64,000 nt of DNA from Nitrospirota bacterium. GTDB lineage: Bacteria > Nitrospirota > Thermodesulfovibrionia > Thermodesulfovibrionales > Dissulfurispiraceae. Position 1 is the stretch's first letter. The number at the start of each line of letters is the position of its first letter. This document shows positions 17,521 through 27,517 of the stretch, piece by piece. A program made the position numbers and the translations under genes. The stretch lies in the NCBI GenBank assembly GCA_040754455.1, contig JBFMCP010000007.1, positions 1 through 64,000 on the forward strand. Direction: 5' to 3'. A model generated the notes under the pieces. The model had not been told where the DNA came from. It saw only the letters and a program-made list of their open reading frames with translations, and ran no database searches.

Positions 17521-19221
17521 ATGGGGAAGAGGCCGATCATTCTGAGTGCGGTCATCGCGTGCGGCTTTATTGCCGTCGTGCTTCGTCTCGTCGACATCAT
17601 GCTTCTCAACCATCAGTGGTTCTTGGCAAAGGCGAAGGGACAGCAGACGAAAAGGGAGGCGGTCCCGGTAAAGCGCGGTATCATCATGGACCGAAGAGGG
17701 CGGGAGCTTGCGGTGAACCTGGAGACTGAGTCGATCTATTGCGATCCTGCCGAGGTCGTAAAGCCTGATGCGGTCGCTGCTGCGTTGTCGGCGACGATCA
17801 ACAAGAGGCCGGAAGTCATCCTTGCGAAATTCGACGGAAAAGGCAGGTTCGACTGGATCGAGCGAAAGGTGAGCATCGAGGATGCCAAAAGAATAAAAGA
17901 GTTGAAGCTGAAGGGGATCGGATTCGTTCCCGATGCGAAGCGCTTCTATCCGAAGGGCAACCTTGCCTCGCATATCATCGGCTATGTCGATATCGACAAC
18001 AAGGGTCTTGAAGGCATAGAGCAAAAGTATGAGAAATATCTTTCCGCACGGGGAGAAATGGTCTCGGTCGTCAGGGATGCACGGGGAAATGTCCTCTCCG
18101 AGGGGCTGAGCAAAGAGATAAGGGGAAACAACGTTGTCCTCACCATTGATGAGGGCCTGCAGTATATCGTCGAGAAAAACCTTGACGAGGCGATGGAGCA
18201 CTGGAGAGCGGCTTCGGCGACAGCAATCATGATGGATCCCTTTACGGGCGAGATACTGGCAATGGCGAGCAAGCCGGACTTTGATCTCAATAACTCCGCG
18301 GGGGTGCATGCCGCAGAGCGGAGGAACCGGGCGATCACGGATTGCTATGAGCCGGGCTCAACGTTTAAAATAGTAGTCGGCACTGCGGCGATTGAAGAAG
18401 GGATCGTAACCCCCGGCACCAAGTTCGATTGCAGCGCCGGTTTTATCGAGGTAGGCGGCAGAAAGATCAAGGATGCCCATCGGCACGGCGTCCTGACCTT
18501 CAAAGAAGTAATTCAGAAGTCTTCCAATGTAGGTTCCATCAAGGTCGGCCTCAATCTCGGCAGAGAGAAAGTCTACCAGTACATTAAACGGTTCGGGTTC
18601 GGTGAGAGGACCGGCATCGACCTTACCGGAGAGGTTTCGGGATGGATACGGACCCCTGATCGGTGGTCGGGGATGTCTATCGGCGCTATCTCTATCGGAC
18701 AGGAGGTCGCGGTGACGCCGCTGCAGGTGCTGCGCGCTTATGCCGTCATTGCCAACGGTGGCTTTCTGGTAAAACCTTATGTGGTCTCCGAGATCAGGTC
18801 CCATTCGGGAGGTCTCCTTCATAAAACGGCCCCGGAGAAGCAGAGGATCATATCGGAAAAAACGATTGCGACATTCAGAAATATTCTTAAAACCGTTACC
18901 GAAGAGGGCGGCACCGCGACCGGCGCCGCGGTCGACGGCAACGAAGTGGCGGGTAAGACAGGAACCGCTCAGTTGATGGATCCGAGGACAAAGCGGTATT
19001 CAAAGGATAAATTTGTGAGCTCCTTTGTGGGGTTTGTGCCTGCCAACGATCCGCGCCTCGCAATGATCGTTGTTATCCATGAGCCTAAGGGTGCCCATTA
19101 CGGCGGCGTGGTCGCAGGCCCGATATTCAAAAAGATCGCCAGCGAATCGCTCTCGTACCTCAGCGTCCCGAGGGACGATTCGGAGGAGAAGCGGTTGCTG
19201 CTGGTTTCGAGCAATAACTAG
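17521..19221 (+). CDS. ftsI: Peptidoglycan D,D-transpeptidase PBP3
   Basis: YEPGSTFK, KSSNVG, GKTGTAQ; no PASTA domain. Confidence 0.95.
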   Translation: MGKRPIILSAVIACGFIAVVLRLVDIMLLNHQWFLAKAKGQQTKREAVPVKRGIIMDRRGRELAVNLETESIYCDPAEVVKPDAVAAALSATINKRPEVILAKFDGKGRFDWIERKVSIEDAKRIKELKLKGIGFVPDAKRFYPKGNLASHIIGYVDIDNKGLEGIEQKYEKYLSARGEMVSVVRDARGNVLSEGLSKEIRGNNVVLTIDEGLQYIVEKNLDEAMEHWRAASATAIMMDPFTGEILAMASKPDFDLNNSAGVHAAERRNRAITDCYEPGSTFKIVVGTAAIEEGIVTPGTKFDCSAGFIEVGGRKIKDAHRHGVLTFKEVIQKSSNVGSIKVGLNLGREKVYQYIKRFGFGERTGIDLTGEVSGWIRTPDRWSGMSIGAISIGQEVAVTPLQVLRAYAVIANGGFLVKPYVVSEIRSHSGGLLHKTAPEKQRIISEKTIATFRNILKTVTEEGGTATGAAVDGNEVAGKTGTAQLMDPRTKRYSKDKFVSSFVGFVPANDPRLAMIVVIHEPKGAHYGGVVAGPIFKKIASESLSYLSVPRDDSEEKRLLLVSSNN

Positions 19222-19241
19222 TGGAGCTTGGATGAGGTAGG

Positions 19242-20948
19242 ATGCATACGATAAAGCTGAACAAAATGCTCAGAGACGACTTCGAGGTGCAGGGCGATCC
19301 CGAGCGTGCGATATCGGGCGTGGCCTACGATTCGCGCTCGATTAAAGGCGGCGAGGTGTTTGTCGCCATGAAAGGAGAAAAGTGTGACGGCAAGGACTTC
19401 ATCGAAGACGCGATCAGGAGAGGAGCTGCCGCAATCGTCTATGAAAGGGGTGCTGCAGTTACCGCTCTTCGGGCAAGGCATCCTGAGGTCACCTGGATCG
19501 CTGCTGATAACCCTCGCGACGCGATCGCCTATCTGGCCCATACCTTTTACCGGAGACCCTCGGAGAGCATCGGGGTCATCGGCATAACCGGCACCAACGG
19601 CAAGACGACGACGACCTATCTGATCAAGTCCATCCTGGAGCAGTGGAAGAAGAGTGTCGGCCTGATCGGTACGATCAGCTATCTGGTCAAGGCCAAAGTG
19701 TATGATGCTCCCCATACGACGCCGGAATCGACCGACTTTCAGGGACTGCTGCGGACGATGGCGGACCACGGGTGCGATTACGTGGTCACGGAGGTCTCAT
19801 CGCACGCCTTGGCACAGCGAAGGGTCGAGTATACCCGCTTCAGAGGAGCGGTCTTTACCAATCTGACCAGAGACCACCTCGATTTTCACAAGACGATGGA
19901 TAGCTATTTCAAGGCAAAGCAGCGGCTCTTTACCGACCTGCTCGACGAGCAGGGATTTGCCGTCATCAACGGTGATGATGAGTACGGTCAGCGGCTTATC
20001 AAAATGTTGACGGAGAGGAAAGGAAAGGCGGCTCGCGTTGTTTCCTATGCAGTTGAGCACCGCGATGCCGATGTGGCTGCTTCCGATATCGCGACGACCT
20101 TCAAGGGGATGTCGTTCAAGATCACGTACAAAAGACAAAAGTCAGAAGCTGGGAGTCAGAAGCCAGAAGCTGCCTCAGACGAAATGATCCAAGAGGAGAT
20201 TGTCACTCCCCTCGTAGGGATCATCAACGTATATAACATACTCGCTGCGATCGGCGTAGCGCTATCATTGGACATACCGATTACGGTCATAAAGGAGGGC
20301 ATTGCTATGGCAGAACTCATCAAGGGAAGGTTTGAGAAGGTCGATGTGGGACAGGATTTTCTCGCAATAGTGGATTATGCGCACACGGAAGATGCACTTG
20401 AGCGCCTTTTGCGCACAGCCCGTCAACTCCTTGACGCATATCGTTTTACCGGACGTGCTGAGAAGATGATGAAGGCCAAGGGGACGCGTTTTCCCCTGAC
20501 TTCAGAAAAGGGCAAGGGCAAGATTATTACGGTCATCGGCTGCGGGGGCAACAGAGACAAGGGAAAACGCTCAAAAATGGGCGAAATCGCTTCAAAATTA
20601 AGCGATTTTGTGATCATCACCTCCGACAATCCCCGTTTCGAGGATCCCAAAGCTATTATCAGGGATATAGAAAAAGGAATAAAAGGCGATAATTATATTG
20701 TAATACCTGACAGAAACGTCGCCATCAGCATGGCGGTGGAGCTGGCATCGTCCGGAGATATCGTCATGGTGGCGGGAAAGGGCCATGAGGATTACCAGGA
20801 GATCCAGGGAATACGTCACGCCTTCAGCGACAGGACAGCGCTCGAGAGCGCCATCAAAAGGACGATCAGCAGGCCTGCCTTCGGCGGCGGTACTACCTTT
20901 GACGGGCTCTATTCTTCGAGTACCACAAAAAGGGAGTGTTCCTGTTAG
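19242..20948 (+). CDS. murE: UDP-MurNAc-tripeptide synthetase, with apparent insertions
   Basis: GITGTNGKTT, HTTPES, EVSSHAL, DYAHT, SDNPR (mDAP-type), GKGHEDYQ. Confidence 0.96.
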   Translation: MHTIKLNKMLRDDFEVQGDPERAISGVAYDSRSIKGGEVFVAMKGEKCDGKDFIEDAIRRGAAAIVYERGAAVTALRARHPEVTWIAADNPRDAIAYLAHTFYRRPSESIGVIGITGTNGKTTTTYLIKSILEQWKKSVGLIGTISYLVKAKVYDAPHTTPESTDFQGLLRTMADHGCDYVVTEVSSHALAQRRVEYTRFRGAVFTNLTRDHLDFHKTMDSYFKAKQRLFTDLLDEQGFAVINGDDEYGQRLIKMLTERKGKAARVVSYAVEHRDADVAASDIATTFKGMSFKITYKRQKSEAGSQKPEAASDEMIQEEIVTPLVGIINVYNILAAIGVALSLDIPITVIKEGIAMAELIKGRFEKVDVGQDFLAIVDYAHTEDALERLLRTARQLLDAYRFTGRAEKMMKAKGTRFPLTSEKGKGKIITVIGCGGNRDKGKRSKMGEIASKLSDFVIITSDNPRFEDPKAIIRDIEKGIKGDNYIVIPDRNVAISMAVELASSGDIVMVAGKGHEDYQEIQGIRHAFSDRTALESAIKRTISRPAFGGGTTFDGLYSSSTTKRECSC

Positions 20949-20995
20949 AAGTGCCGGTGATTAGTGACAGTGTCAGAAAAGAAGTGAGGTAGTTG

Positions 20996-22432
20996 ATGCT
21001 ACGGATGAAAGATATACTCGATGCAACGGGAGGGACGGTGATTGCTGAGGGCGGCACCGAATTCACCGGGATATCGATCGATTCGAGGACCATAAAAAAG
21101 GGAGAGCTTTTTTTCGCCCTGCGAGGAGAACGTTTCGACGGCCACGACTTCATCGAAGCCGCACTGGCCACAGGGGGCGGGGCAGTCGTGTGTCGTAATG
21201 CGCAGTGCGTAGCGGATGATATCCGAACCGATCATGGGTTGCGCAATGCGGATTACCCTGCGGGCAAGACCGTCATAGGGGTAGATGATACCCTTCAGGC
21301 GCTGCAGGACCTGGCGCGCTTTATAAGGAACAGGTTTGACGGCAGTGTTGTTGCCGTTATAGGGAGCAATGGCAAGACGACGACAAAGGAGCTCCTTTCG
21401 TCGATCCTGGGCACCCGCTTTCCGGTGCTGAAGACCACGGGAAACCTTAATAACCAGATAGGGATGCCTCTCTCGATCACCAGGGTTGAAGAAGGTATGA
21501 AGGCAATGGTTCTCGAGATGGGAACCAACAGACCGGGGGATGTCCATGATCTCTGCTCGATCGGCTTGCCCGATACCGGTGTGATCACCAATATCGGGTA
21601 TGAGCACATCGAGGGGTTCGGCTCCCTCGAAAAGGTGAGGGACTCGGAGCTCGAGATACTCCCCTTTGTGCAACGCATGGTGGCGAATGCCGATGACGCC
21701 TTTCTCATGGAAGGCATTCGCACAGGCTTCAAAGGCGACCTGGTCACCTACGGTATCGATACTCCCGACGCCCTGGTGAAAGCCGCTGATCTCGTCTTTT
21801 CCGATGAAGGGACGAAATTTCATCTCGTGATAGGTAATGAACGCATCTTGATACAGTCGAAATTGTCGGGACGCTTTAACGTCTACAATGCCCTCGCAGC
21901 AGCAGCTGCTGCGCATGCCCTCGGTTTTACGGTATGGGAAATCAAGCGGGGGATCGAGGCGTTCGGCGGCGTCGGGATGCGGTTCGAGATCAGAAAGGTT
22001 GATGGAATAACGTTTCTCAATGATTCGTATAATGCCAATCCGTCCTCCATGGAGGTGTCGCTCAAGGAGCTGGTACGGCGTATCCAATCGGCAGAGGGCG
22101 GTCGCAAGCGTCCGAAGCAGCGGGCGATTGCGGTGCTCGGCGATATGCTCGAGTTGGGAGCATACAGCCGCGAGGCGCACCGCAAGCTCGGGCAATGGAT
22201 GTCAACGCTGCCGGTGGATGTGTTTATCGGTGTCGGCCCGTTGATGACCGAAGCGGTCGCTGCCTTCAGGGGAAAAGGCATGCACAAAGCTACAGCGACG
22301 GATGCAGCGCAGGAACTGCGCACCATTATGAAGGAAGGAGATATCGTTTTGATAAAGGGTTCACGGGGCATGAGGATGGAAAGGGTCCTCGCAACAGTAG
22401 AAGAAGCTTTGAAAGAGGCGGTGAGAAGGTAG
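20996..22432 (+). CDS. murF: UDP-MurNAc-pentapeptide synthetase
   Basis: GSNGKTTTKE, NLNNQIG, NDSYNANP, LGDMLELG, KGSRGM. Confidence 0.96.
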   Translation: MLRMKDILDATGGTVIAEGGTEFTGISIDSRTIKKGELFFALRGERFDGHDFIEAALATGGGAVVCRNAQCVADDIRTDHGLRNADYPAGKTVIGVDDTLQALQDLARFIRNRFDGSVVAVIGSNGKTTTKELLSSILGTRFPVLKTTGNLNNQIGMPLSITRVEEGMKAMVLEMGTNRPGDVHDLCSIGLPDTGVITNIGYEHIEGFGSLEKVRDSELEILPFVQRMVANADDAFLMEGIRTGFKGDLVTYGIDTPDALVKAADLVFSDEGTKFHLVIGNERILIQSKLSGRFNVYNALAAAAAAHALGFTVWEIKRGIEAFGGVGMRFEIRKVDGITFLNDSYNANPSSMEVSLKELVRRIQSAEGGRKRPKQRAIAVLGDMLELGAYSREAHRKLGQWMSTLPVDVFIGVGPLMTEAVAAFRGKGMHKATATDAAQELRTIMKEGDIVLIKGSRGMRMERVLATVEEALKEAVRR

Positions 22433-22436
22433 CGCG

Positions 22437-23519
22437 ATGATTTACGAGTTGCTTTATAGCTTGCATGCCTACTTCTCACCTTTCAACGTGTTCCGCTACA
22501 TTACGTTCCGCACCTCTCTGGCGGCACTTACGGCACTGATCGTCACGCTTTTTATTGCGCCGCCGCTGATCAGGTGGCTTAAGAGGATCAGCATGACGCA
22601 GCAGATACGGAATGACGGTCCGAAGACCCATCTCTCAAAGGCGGGGACGCCGACCATGGGAGGCATCATCATCCTGGCGGCGATTACGATCACGATGCTG
22701 ATGTGGGGAAATTTCAGAAATGTCTATATATGGATCATGATGATCTCACTGCTCGGATTCGGCGCCATCGGATTTATCGATGATTACCTCAAGGCGGTGA
22801 AGAAAAACCCCAAGGGACTGCGGGCATGGTACAAAATCGGGGCACAACTGCTGGTTGCATTCTGCATCAGCGTGTTCCTCTATGCCAACCCTCACGATCC
22901 CTACAATACGGTGTTGAGCATTCCCTTTTTCAAAAAGTGGCTTTTTGATCTGGGATGGTTCTATATACCGTTCTCGATCTTTGTGATTGTCGGCTCATCA
23001 AATGCCGTCAATCTTACCGATGGCATCGACGGACTCGCCATCGGGCTGGTTGCCATTGCGACATTGGCAAATACCGCCCTCGTCTATGTATCGGGCCACG
23101 CCCAGTTCGCAAAATACTTGCAGGTCTTATACCTGCCGGGAATCGGGGAGCTGACCGTTTTTTGCGGTGCGCTGCTGGGGGCTTCGCTCGGCTTTCTCTG
23201 GTATAATGCCTACCCTGCTGAAGTGTTCATGGGGGATGTAGGCTCGCTCGGGCTGGGCGGCGCACTTGGCACCCTTGCCGTGGTGACGAAACATGAGATT
23301 GTATTGGTGGTGGTCGGCGGTATCTTCGTCATCGAGACGATCTCGGTGGTGCTCCAGGTCGCCTCGTATAAATCGACCGGCAAGCGCATTTTCAAAATGG
23401 CTCCCTTGCACCACCATTTTGAGCTCAAGGGCTGGCAGGAGCCGAAGGTAATCGTACGCTTTTGGATTATTGGAATAGTACTTGCATTATTCAGTTTGGC
23501 CTCTTTAAAATTGAGGTAA
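22437..23519 (+). CDS. mraY: Phospho-MurNAc-pentapeptide transferase
   Basis: KAGTPTMGG, NAVNLTDGIDGL, FMGDVGS, MAPLHHHFE. Confidence 0.97.
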   Translation: MIYELLYSLHAYFSPFNVFRYITFRTSLAALTALIVTLFIAPPLIRWLKRISMTQQIRNDGPKTHLSKAGTPTMGGIIILAAITITMLMWGNFRNVYIWIMMISLLGFGAIGFIDDYLKAVKKNPKGLRAWYKIGAQLLVAFCISVFLYANPHDPYNTVLSIPFFKKWLFDLGWFYIPFSIFVIVGSSNAVNLTDGIDGLAIGLVAIATLANTALVYVSGHAQFAKYLQVLYLPGIGELTVFCGALLGASLGFLWYNAYPAEVFMGDVGSLGLGGALGTLAVVTKHEIVLVVVGGIFVIETISVVLQVASYKSTGKRIFKMAPLHHHFELKGWQEPKVIVRFWIIGIVLALFSLASLKLR

Positions 23520-23584
23520 TGCCGGTACAAACGCTCTGTACGCTGAATCAGGTAAATATCTAATAAAAAATAAGGGGATTGGCC

Positions 23585-24703
23585 ATGAAAAACCGCAGTC
23601 GGCAGTTTGTAGCGAGCAGTAACAGTGGGGTCAAAAGACGCCGCCCATACGCCATCGGCATCATTAAGGTATCTTGCGCCATGATGTCCGGCAGCCTGAT
23701 CCTTATCCTATGCTCATTATTCCTTGCTGCAGTTACCTTTGCCGAAGAGATCACCGCCCGGGCAGCAATCGCGATTGAGGGCAAGAGTGAAAGAATATTA
23801 TTCGCCAAGAATCCCCACCTCAAGCTGCCGCCTGCGAGCACGACAAAGCTGGTGACGGCCATGGTAGTGCTCGATAAGCTGCATCCCGACACTATTCTTG
23901 TGGTCAGCAGGAACGCTGCCAATACACCGTCCGTATCTCCTGCAATACGTGCAGGCGAGCGGTTTACGGTCAGGGAAATGCTCTATCTTGCCCTCATGCG
24001 ATCGGTGAACAGCGCCGCCGTTGCCCTTGCAGAGGCGGTTGCGGGCTCGGAGGATGCCTTTGCGCGCATGATGAATGAGAAAGTCCTGCAGATCGGGGCA
24101 GAGAATACGCGGTTCATCAATGCTTCGGGACTCCCCGGGGCCCATCAGTACATTACTGCCTTCGATCTTGCGAAAGTGATGAAGGAATCGTTGAAGTATC
24201 CGCTCATTAAAGAGATCATCAATACGCGGACAAAAGATATTTACTCCCTTGACGGGAGACGTCTGTTTGTAAAAAACACCAATCAACTCCTCTGGACCGA
24301 TGAGGACTTCATCGGCGGAAAGACCGGCTATACGCGAGCTGCACGGCACTGCTTTGTCTCGGCCGCAAACAAAGGACAGGATACGCTCATTACCGTGGTG
24401 CTGGGCGAGCCGGTACGGGACGAGCTCTGGCAGGACTCGAAGGTGCTGCTGGCCAAGGGCTATGATGTGCTTGCCCAGAAGGCCGAGCCCATGATTTATT
24501 TCAGCAACGTCAAAGAGAACCCCGTTATGCTCGCCTCCTATAACCCCGATTCGGACACGAAGATATCAAAGGTCAAATACAAGAAAGTAAAAAGCGCGAA
24601 GATCAAAAAGAAATATAAAGTCAAAACCGCTAAAAAGAAGAAGAGTGCCAATATCAGGATTGCGACTAAGAGCAAGAAGTCCTCAGGAAAGAATATTTCA
24701 TGA
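23585..24703 (+). CDS. D-Ala-D-Ala carboxypeptidase (peptidase S11) with Lys-rich tail; start uncertain
   Basis: PASTTK (SxxK), SVN (SxN), GGKTGYT. Confidence 0.9.
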   Translation: MKNRSRQFVASSNSGVKRRRPYAIGIIKVSCAMMSGSLILILCSLFLAAVTFAEEITARAAIAIEGKSERILFAKNPHLKLPPASTTKLVTAMVVLDKLHPDTILVVSRNAANTPSVSPAIRAGERFTVREMLYLALMRSVNSAAVALAEAVAGSEDAFARMMNEKVLQIGAENTRFINASGLPGAHQYITAFDLAKVMKESLKYPLIKEIINTRTKDIYSLDGRRLFVKNTNQLLWTDEDFIGGKTGYTRAARHCFVSAANKGQDTLITVVLGEPVRDELWQDSKVLLAKGYDVLAQKAEPMIYFSNVKENPVMLASYNPDSDTKISKVKYKKVKSAKIKKKYKVKTAKKKKSANIRIATKSKKSSGKNIS

Positions 24704-24785
24704 ACCGCAATCAGAACATCAGCTCATCGACGATTGGATTAGTCCAACGCCGCCTCTCCGGCCGTTCCTCCCTGCAGCACAACCG

Positions 24786-26207
24786 ATGGTGTGTGATCTG
24801 AAGGGGAGGCGAGTAACCGTTGTCGGTCTTGCGAGGAGCGGCGTCGGTGCCGCCAATATGCTTGCACAGATCGGCGCCACGGTAACGGTTACCGATAAAA
24901 AGAGCCCCCAGGAACTTTCAGCATTCCTCGAAAGCCTCCATCCCGACGTCCGCCCTGTCCTCGGAGAGCATCCGGCTGGCCTATTTGAAGAGGCGGACCT
25001 TATTGTGGTGAGTCCCGGCGTTCCCCTTTCCATCACGCCGCTCAGGAAGGCTGCAGAGAGGGGGAAAAAGATCATCGGAGAGCTGGAGCTGGCCTACCGG
25101 TTTGTTAAGGAGAACACAGAAGCCGGAGGACAGAAGACAGACTTTCTCGCTATCACGGGGACGAACGGGAAGTCGACGACCACGACGCTTGTCTATGAAA
25201 TGCTCAGGAATCACGGCTTTGAGACTATAGTGGGCGGCAACATCGGAACTGCTTTAACGGAAGAACTCTACAAATGGGGCAGAGAACGGAAGTCTGTCGC
25301 GCCCGATTATATTGTCGTTGAAGTGTCCAGCTTCCAGCTCGAAACCATCGAGACCTTCAGACCCACAGCAGCGGCTATTTTGAATATTACCCCCGATCAC
25401 CTGGATCGTTACCGTTTGATGGATGAGTATATCGATGCGAAGTGCAGGGTGTTTATGAATCAGCAGCGTGAAGATGTGCTGGTGTTGAATGCGGATGATG
25501 AGTTGACCGGAGCGGTCCTGAAGAGAATCGAGCAGCAGCGTACCCGGAACGGTATGGCACCCGGGCTCTTTTATTTCAGTAGAAAAGATGTAGTGAGAGG
25601 CGTCTTTTTCAAAGACGGAGTTATCCGCTTTTCGGTACCGGAACGCGGTATTGATGTTCGTATGAGCGCTGACGACATTGCCATAAGGGGCGTCCATAAT
25701 ATCGAAAATGCCATGGCGGCATCGCTGATGGCGCTGCTGTGCGGCTGTTCGCCGCATGCTATAATGGATACGCTGAAGACATTCCCCGGTCTCGAGCACC
25801 GCCTCGAGTTCGTTCGTGAGCTCGATGGAACAACGTATATTAATGACTCGAAAGGAACGAATGTCGGCGCAGTGATCAAATCACTGGAAAGCTTTCGCGG
25901 GCCCATCGTGCTTATCGCCGGCGGAAGGGATAAGGACAGTGACTTTACGCTGTTGCGACCTCTTGTCGAGGAGCGGGTCAGGGCGCTGATACTCATCGGG
26001 GAGGCGAGGGAGAAGCTGCGGAAGGCGCTGGGGCAGAGTACGACGACGTTTATGGAAGATGATCTCCGGGCTGCGGTAAGGAAAGCAAGGGCGATCGCCG
26101 CTCCGGGAGATGTGGTGCTCCTCTCGCCTGCGTGTGCCAGCTTTGATATGTTCAGAGACTTCGAGGACCGGGGCAGACAATTCAAGAGCATGGTGAGGGA
26201 ATTATGA
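24786..26207 (+). CDS. murD: UDP-MurNAc-L-Ala:D-Glu ligase; start uncertain
   Basis: VGLARSG, SPGVP, TGTNGKSTT, EVSSFQL, DSKGTN, SPACASFD. Confidence 0.95.
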   Translation: MVCDLKGRRVTVVGLARSGVGAANMLAQIGATVTVTDKKSPQELSAFLESLHPDVRPVLGEHPAGLFEEADLIVVSPGVPLSITPLRKAAERGKKIIGELELAYRFVKENTEAGGQKTDFLAITGTNGKSTTTTLVYEMLRNHGFETIVGGNIGTALTEELYKWGRERKSVAPDYIVVEVSSFQLETIETFRPTAAAILNITPDHLDRYRLMDEYIDAKCRVFMNQQREDVLVLNADDELTGAVLKRIEQQRTRNGMAPGLFYFSRKDVVRGVFFKDGVIRFSVPERGIDVRMSADDIAIRGVHNIENAMAASLMALLCGCSPHAIMDTLKTFPGLEHRLEFVRELDGTTYINDSKGTNVGAVIKSLESFRGPIVLIAGGRDKDSDFTLLRPLVEERVRALILIGEAREKLRKALGQSTTTFMEDDLRAAVRKARAIAAPGDVVLLSPACASFDMFRDFEDRGRQFKSMVREL

Positions 26208-27517
26208 AACAATCCTATGATCGTTGGACCTTGCTGCTGGTGCTGCTCCTCATACTTATCGGCCTGACGGCGGTTTACAGTTCCACGTCGGTCATTTCTC
26301 CCGACATTATCGAGAAGTACCGAAAGAAGGGAATTGTGGTAAGCCAGTTCGGGTTTATCAGGAAACAACTCTTCACGGTACTGCTCGGCGCCGTTGCAAT
26401 GTCTATCGCGTACAGGATACCCCGTGAGTTCCTGAAAAAGATGGCTCTACCCCTGCTGGTTGTTGCCTTTGTCTGCCTGCTGCTGGTCTTTACGCCGCTC
26501 GGGATCACCGCTGGGGGGGCGCGGCGGTGGATTCGGATCTGGCCTTCGACTTTTCAGCCCTCGGAGCTGGTAAAGCTTTGCATGGTGGTCTTTCTCTCCT
26601 ACTATATGAGTCTCGCGAGTTTCAAGCGTGATAAATTTTTGTCTTTCTTCATCCCTATCTTCATCATGGGAATATTTCAGGTGGTCTTTCTGAAACAACC
26701 GGACTTCGGCGCGGTGATGAGTCTCGCCGTGCTTACCATGGCGATGCTTTTTCTTTCGGGCATCCGGCTTCGCTATCTGCTTTCACTGGGAGTTCTCGGA
26801 ATTCCGGTGGTGATCAAACTGATCTCGGAGCCTTACCGGATGCGAAGGGTCGTTGCCTTCCTCGATCCCTGGAAGGACCCGCAGGGGAGCGGGTTTCAGC
26901 TGGTGCAGTCCTTCATCGCCCTCGGCAGCGGCGGGATGACCGGTGTGGGCTTGGGACAGGGGAAGCAGAAGCTCTCTTTCCTGCCGGAGGTGCATACCGA
27001 CTTTATCTTCTCGCTTATCGGTGAGGAGCTCGGCTTTTTCGGCGCCCTCGTTGTCGCCACACTTTTCCTCATGCTCTTTTTGAGAGGCGTTGTTATTGCA
27101 CGACGCACAACGGACCGGTTCGCCTACTATCTTGCCTTCGGCGTCTCCATGATGATCGCCATCCAGGCGGTCATGAACTTTGCCGTAGTGACCGGAATGG
27201 TGCCCACCAAGGGACTCCCTCTACCCTTTATCAGCTACGGAGGATCATCATTGATTGTTAACATGATGGCAATCGGTTTTTTGCTGAACGCATCGAAGTC
27301 GCAGGTGCAAGAAATCAAGGGCCCTCACGAAGCAGGTGCGGCGCATCGTGAGGGCCCGGAGAGGAACCACGTTGTACCGATGCCGCCGCCCAAGCCTGCG
27401 AGTGCAGAGCCGTTGCCGCGTTCGGCAAAATGGCAGCGGGGATACGGCTACCAGCGCTACGGTAAGCGATCATCACGCCACCGGTCATTCAGCCGATCCT
27501 TTGGATCAAAGGGATGA
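26204..27517 (+). CDS. ftsW: SEDS peptidoglycan polymerase with C-terminal extension
   Basis: GARRWI, FQPSELVK, QPDFG, LPEVHTDFIF, PTKGLPLPFISYGGSS. Confidence 0.95.
   Translation: MKQSYDRWTLLLVLLLILIGLTAVYSSTSVISPDIIEKYRKKGIVVSQFGFIRKQLFTVLLGAVAMSIAYRIPREFLKKMALPLLVVAFVCLLLVFTPLGITAGGARRWIRIWPSTFQPSELVKLCMVVFLSYYMSLASFKRDKFLSFFIPIFIMGIFQVVFLKQPDFGAVMSLAVLTMAMLFLSGIRLRYLLSLGVLGIPVVIKLISEPYRMRRVVAFLDPWKDPQGSGFQLVQSFIALGSGGMTGVGLGQGKQKLSFLPEVHTDFIFSLIGEELGFFGALVVATLFLMLFLRGVVIARRTTDRFAYYLAFGVSMMIAIQAVMNFAVVTGMVPTKGLPLPFISYGGSSLIVNMMAIGFLLNASKSQVQEIKGPHEAGAAHREGPERNHVVPMPPPKPASAEPLPRSAKWQRGYGYQRYGKRSSRHRSFSRSFGSKG

Noticed and set aside
24700..24801. 33-codon ORF coupled to the carboxypeptidase stop; possible murD frameshift
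   Set aside because: MurD homology begins at about 24786 and is complete, so no frameshift is needed.
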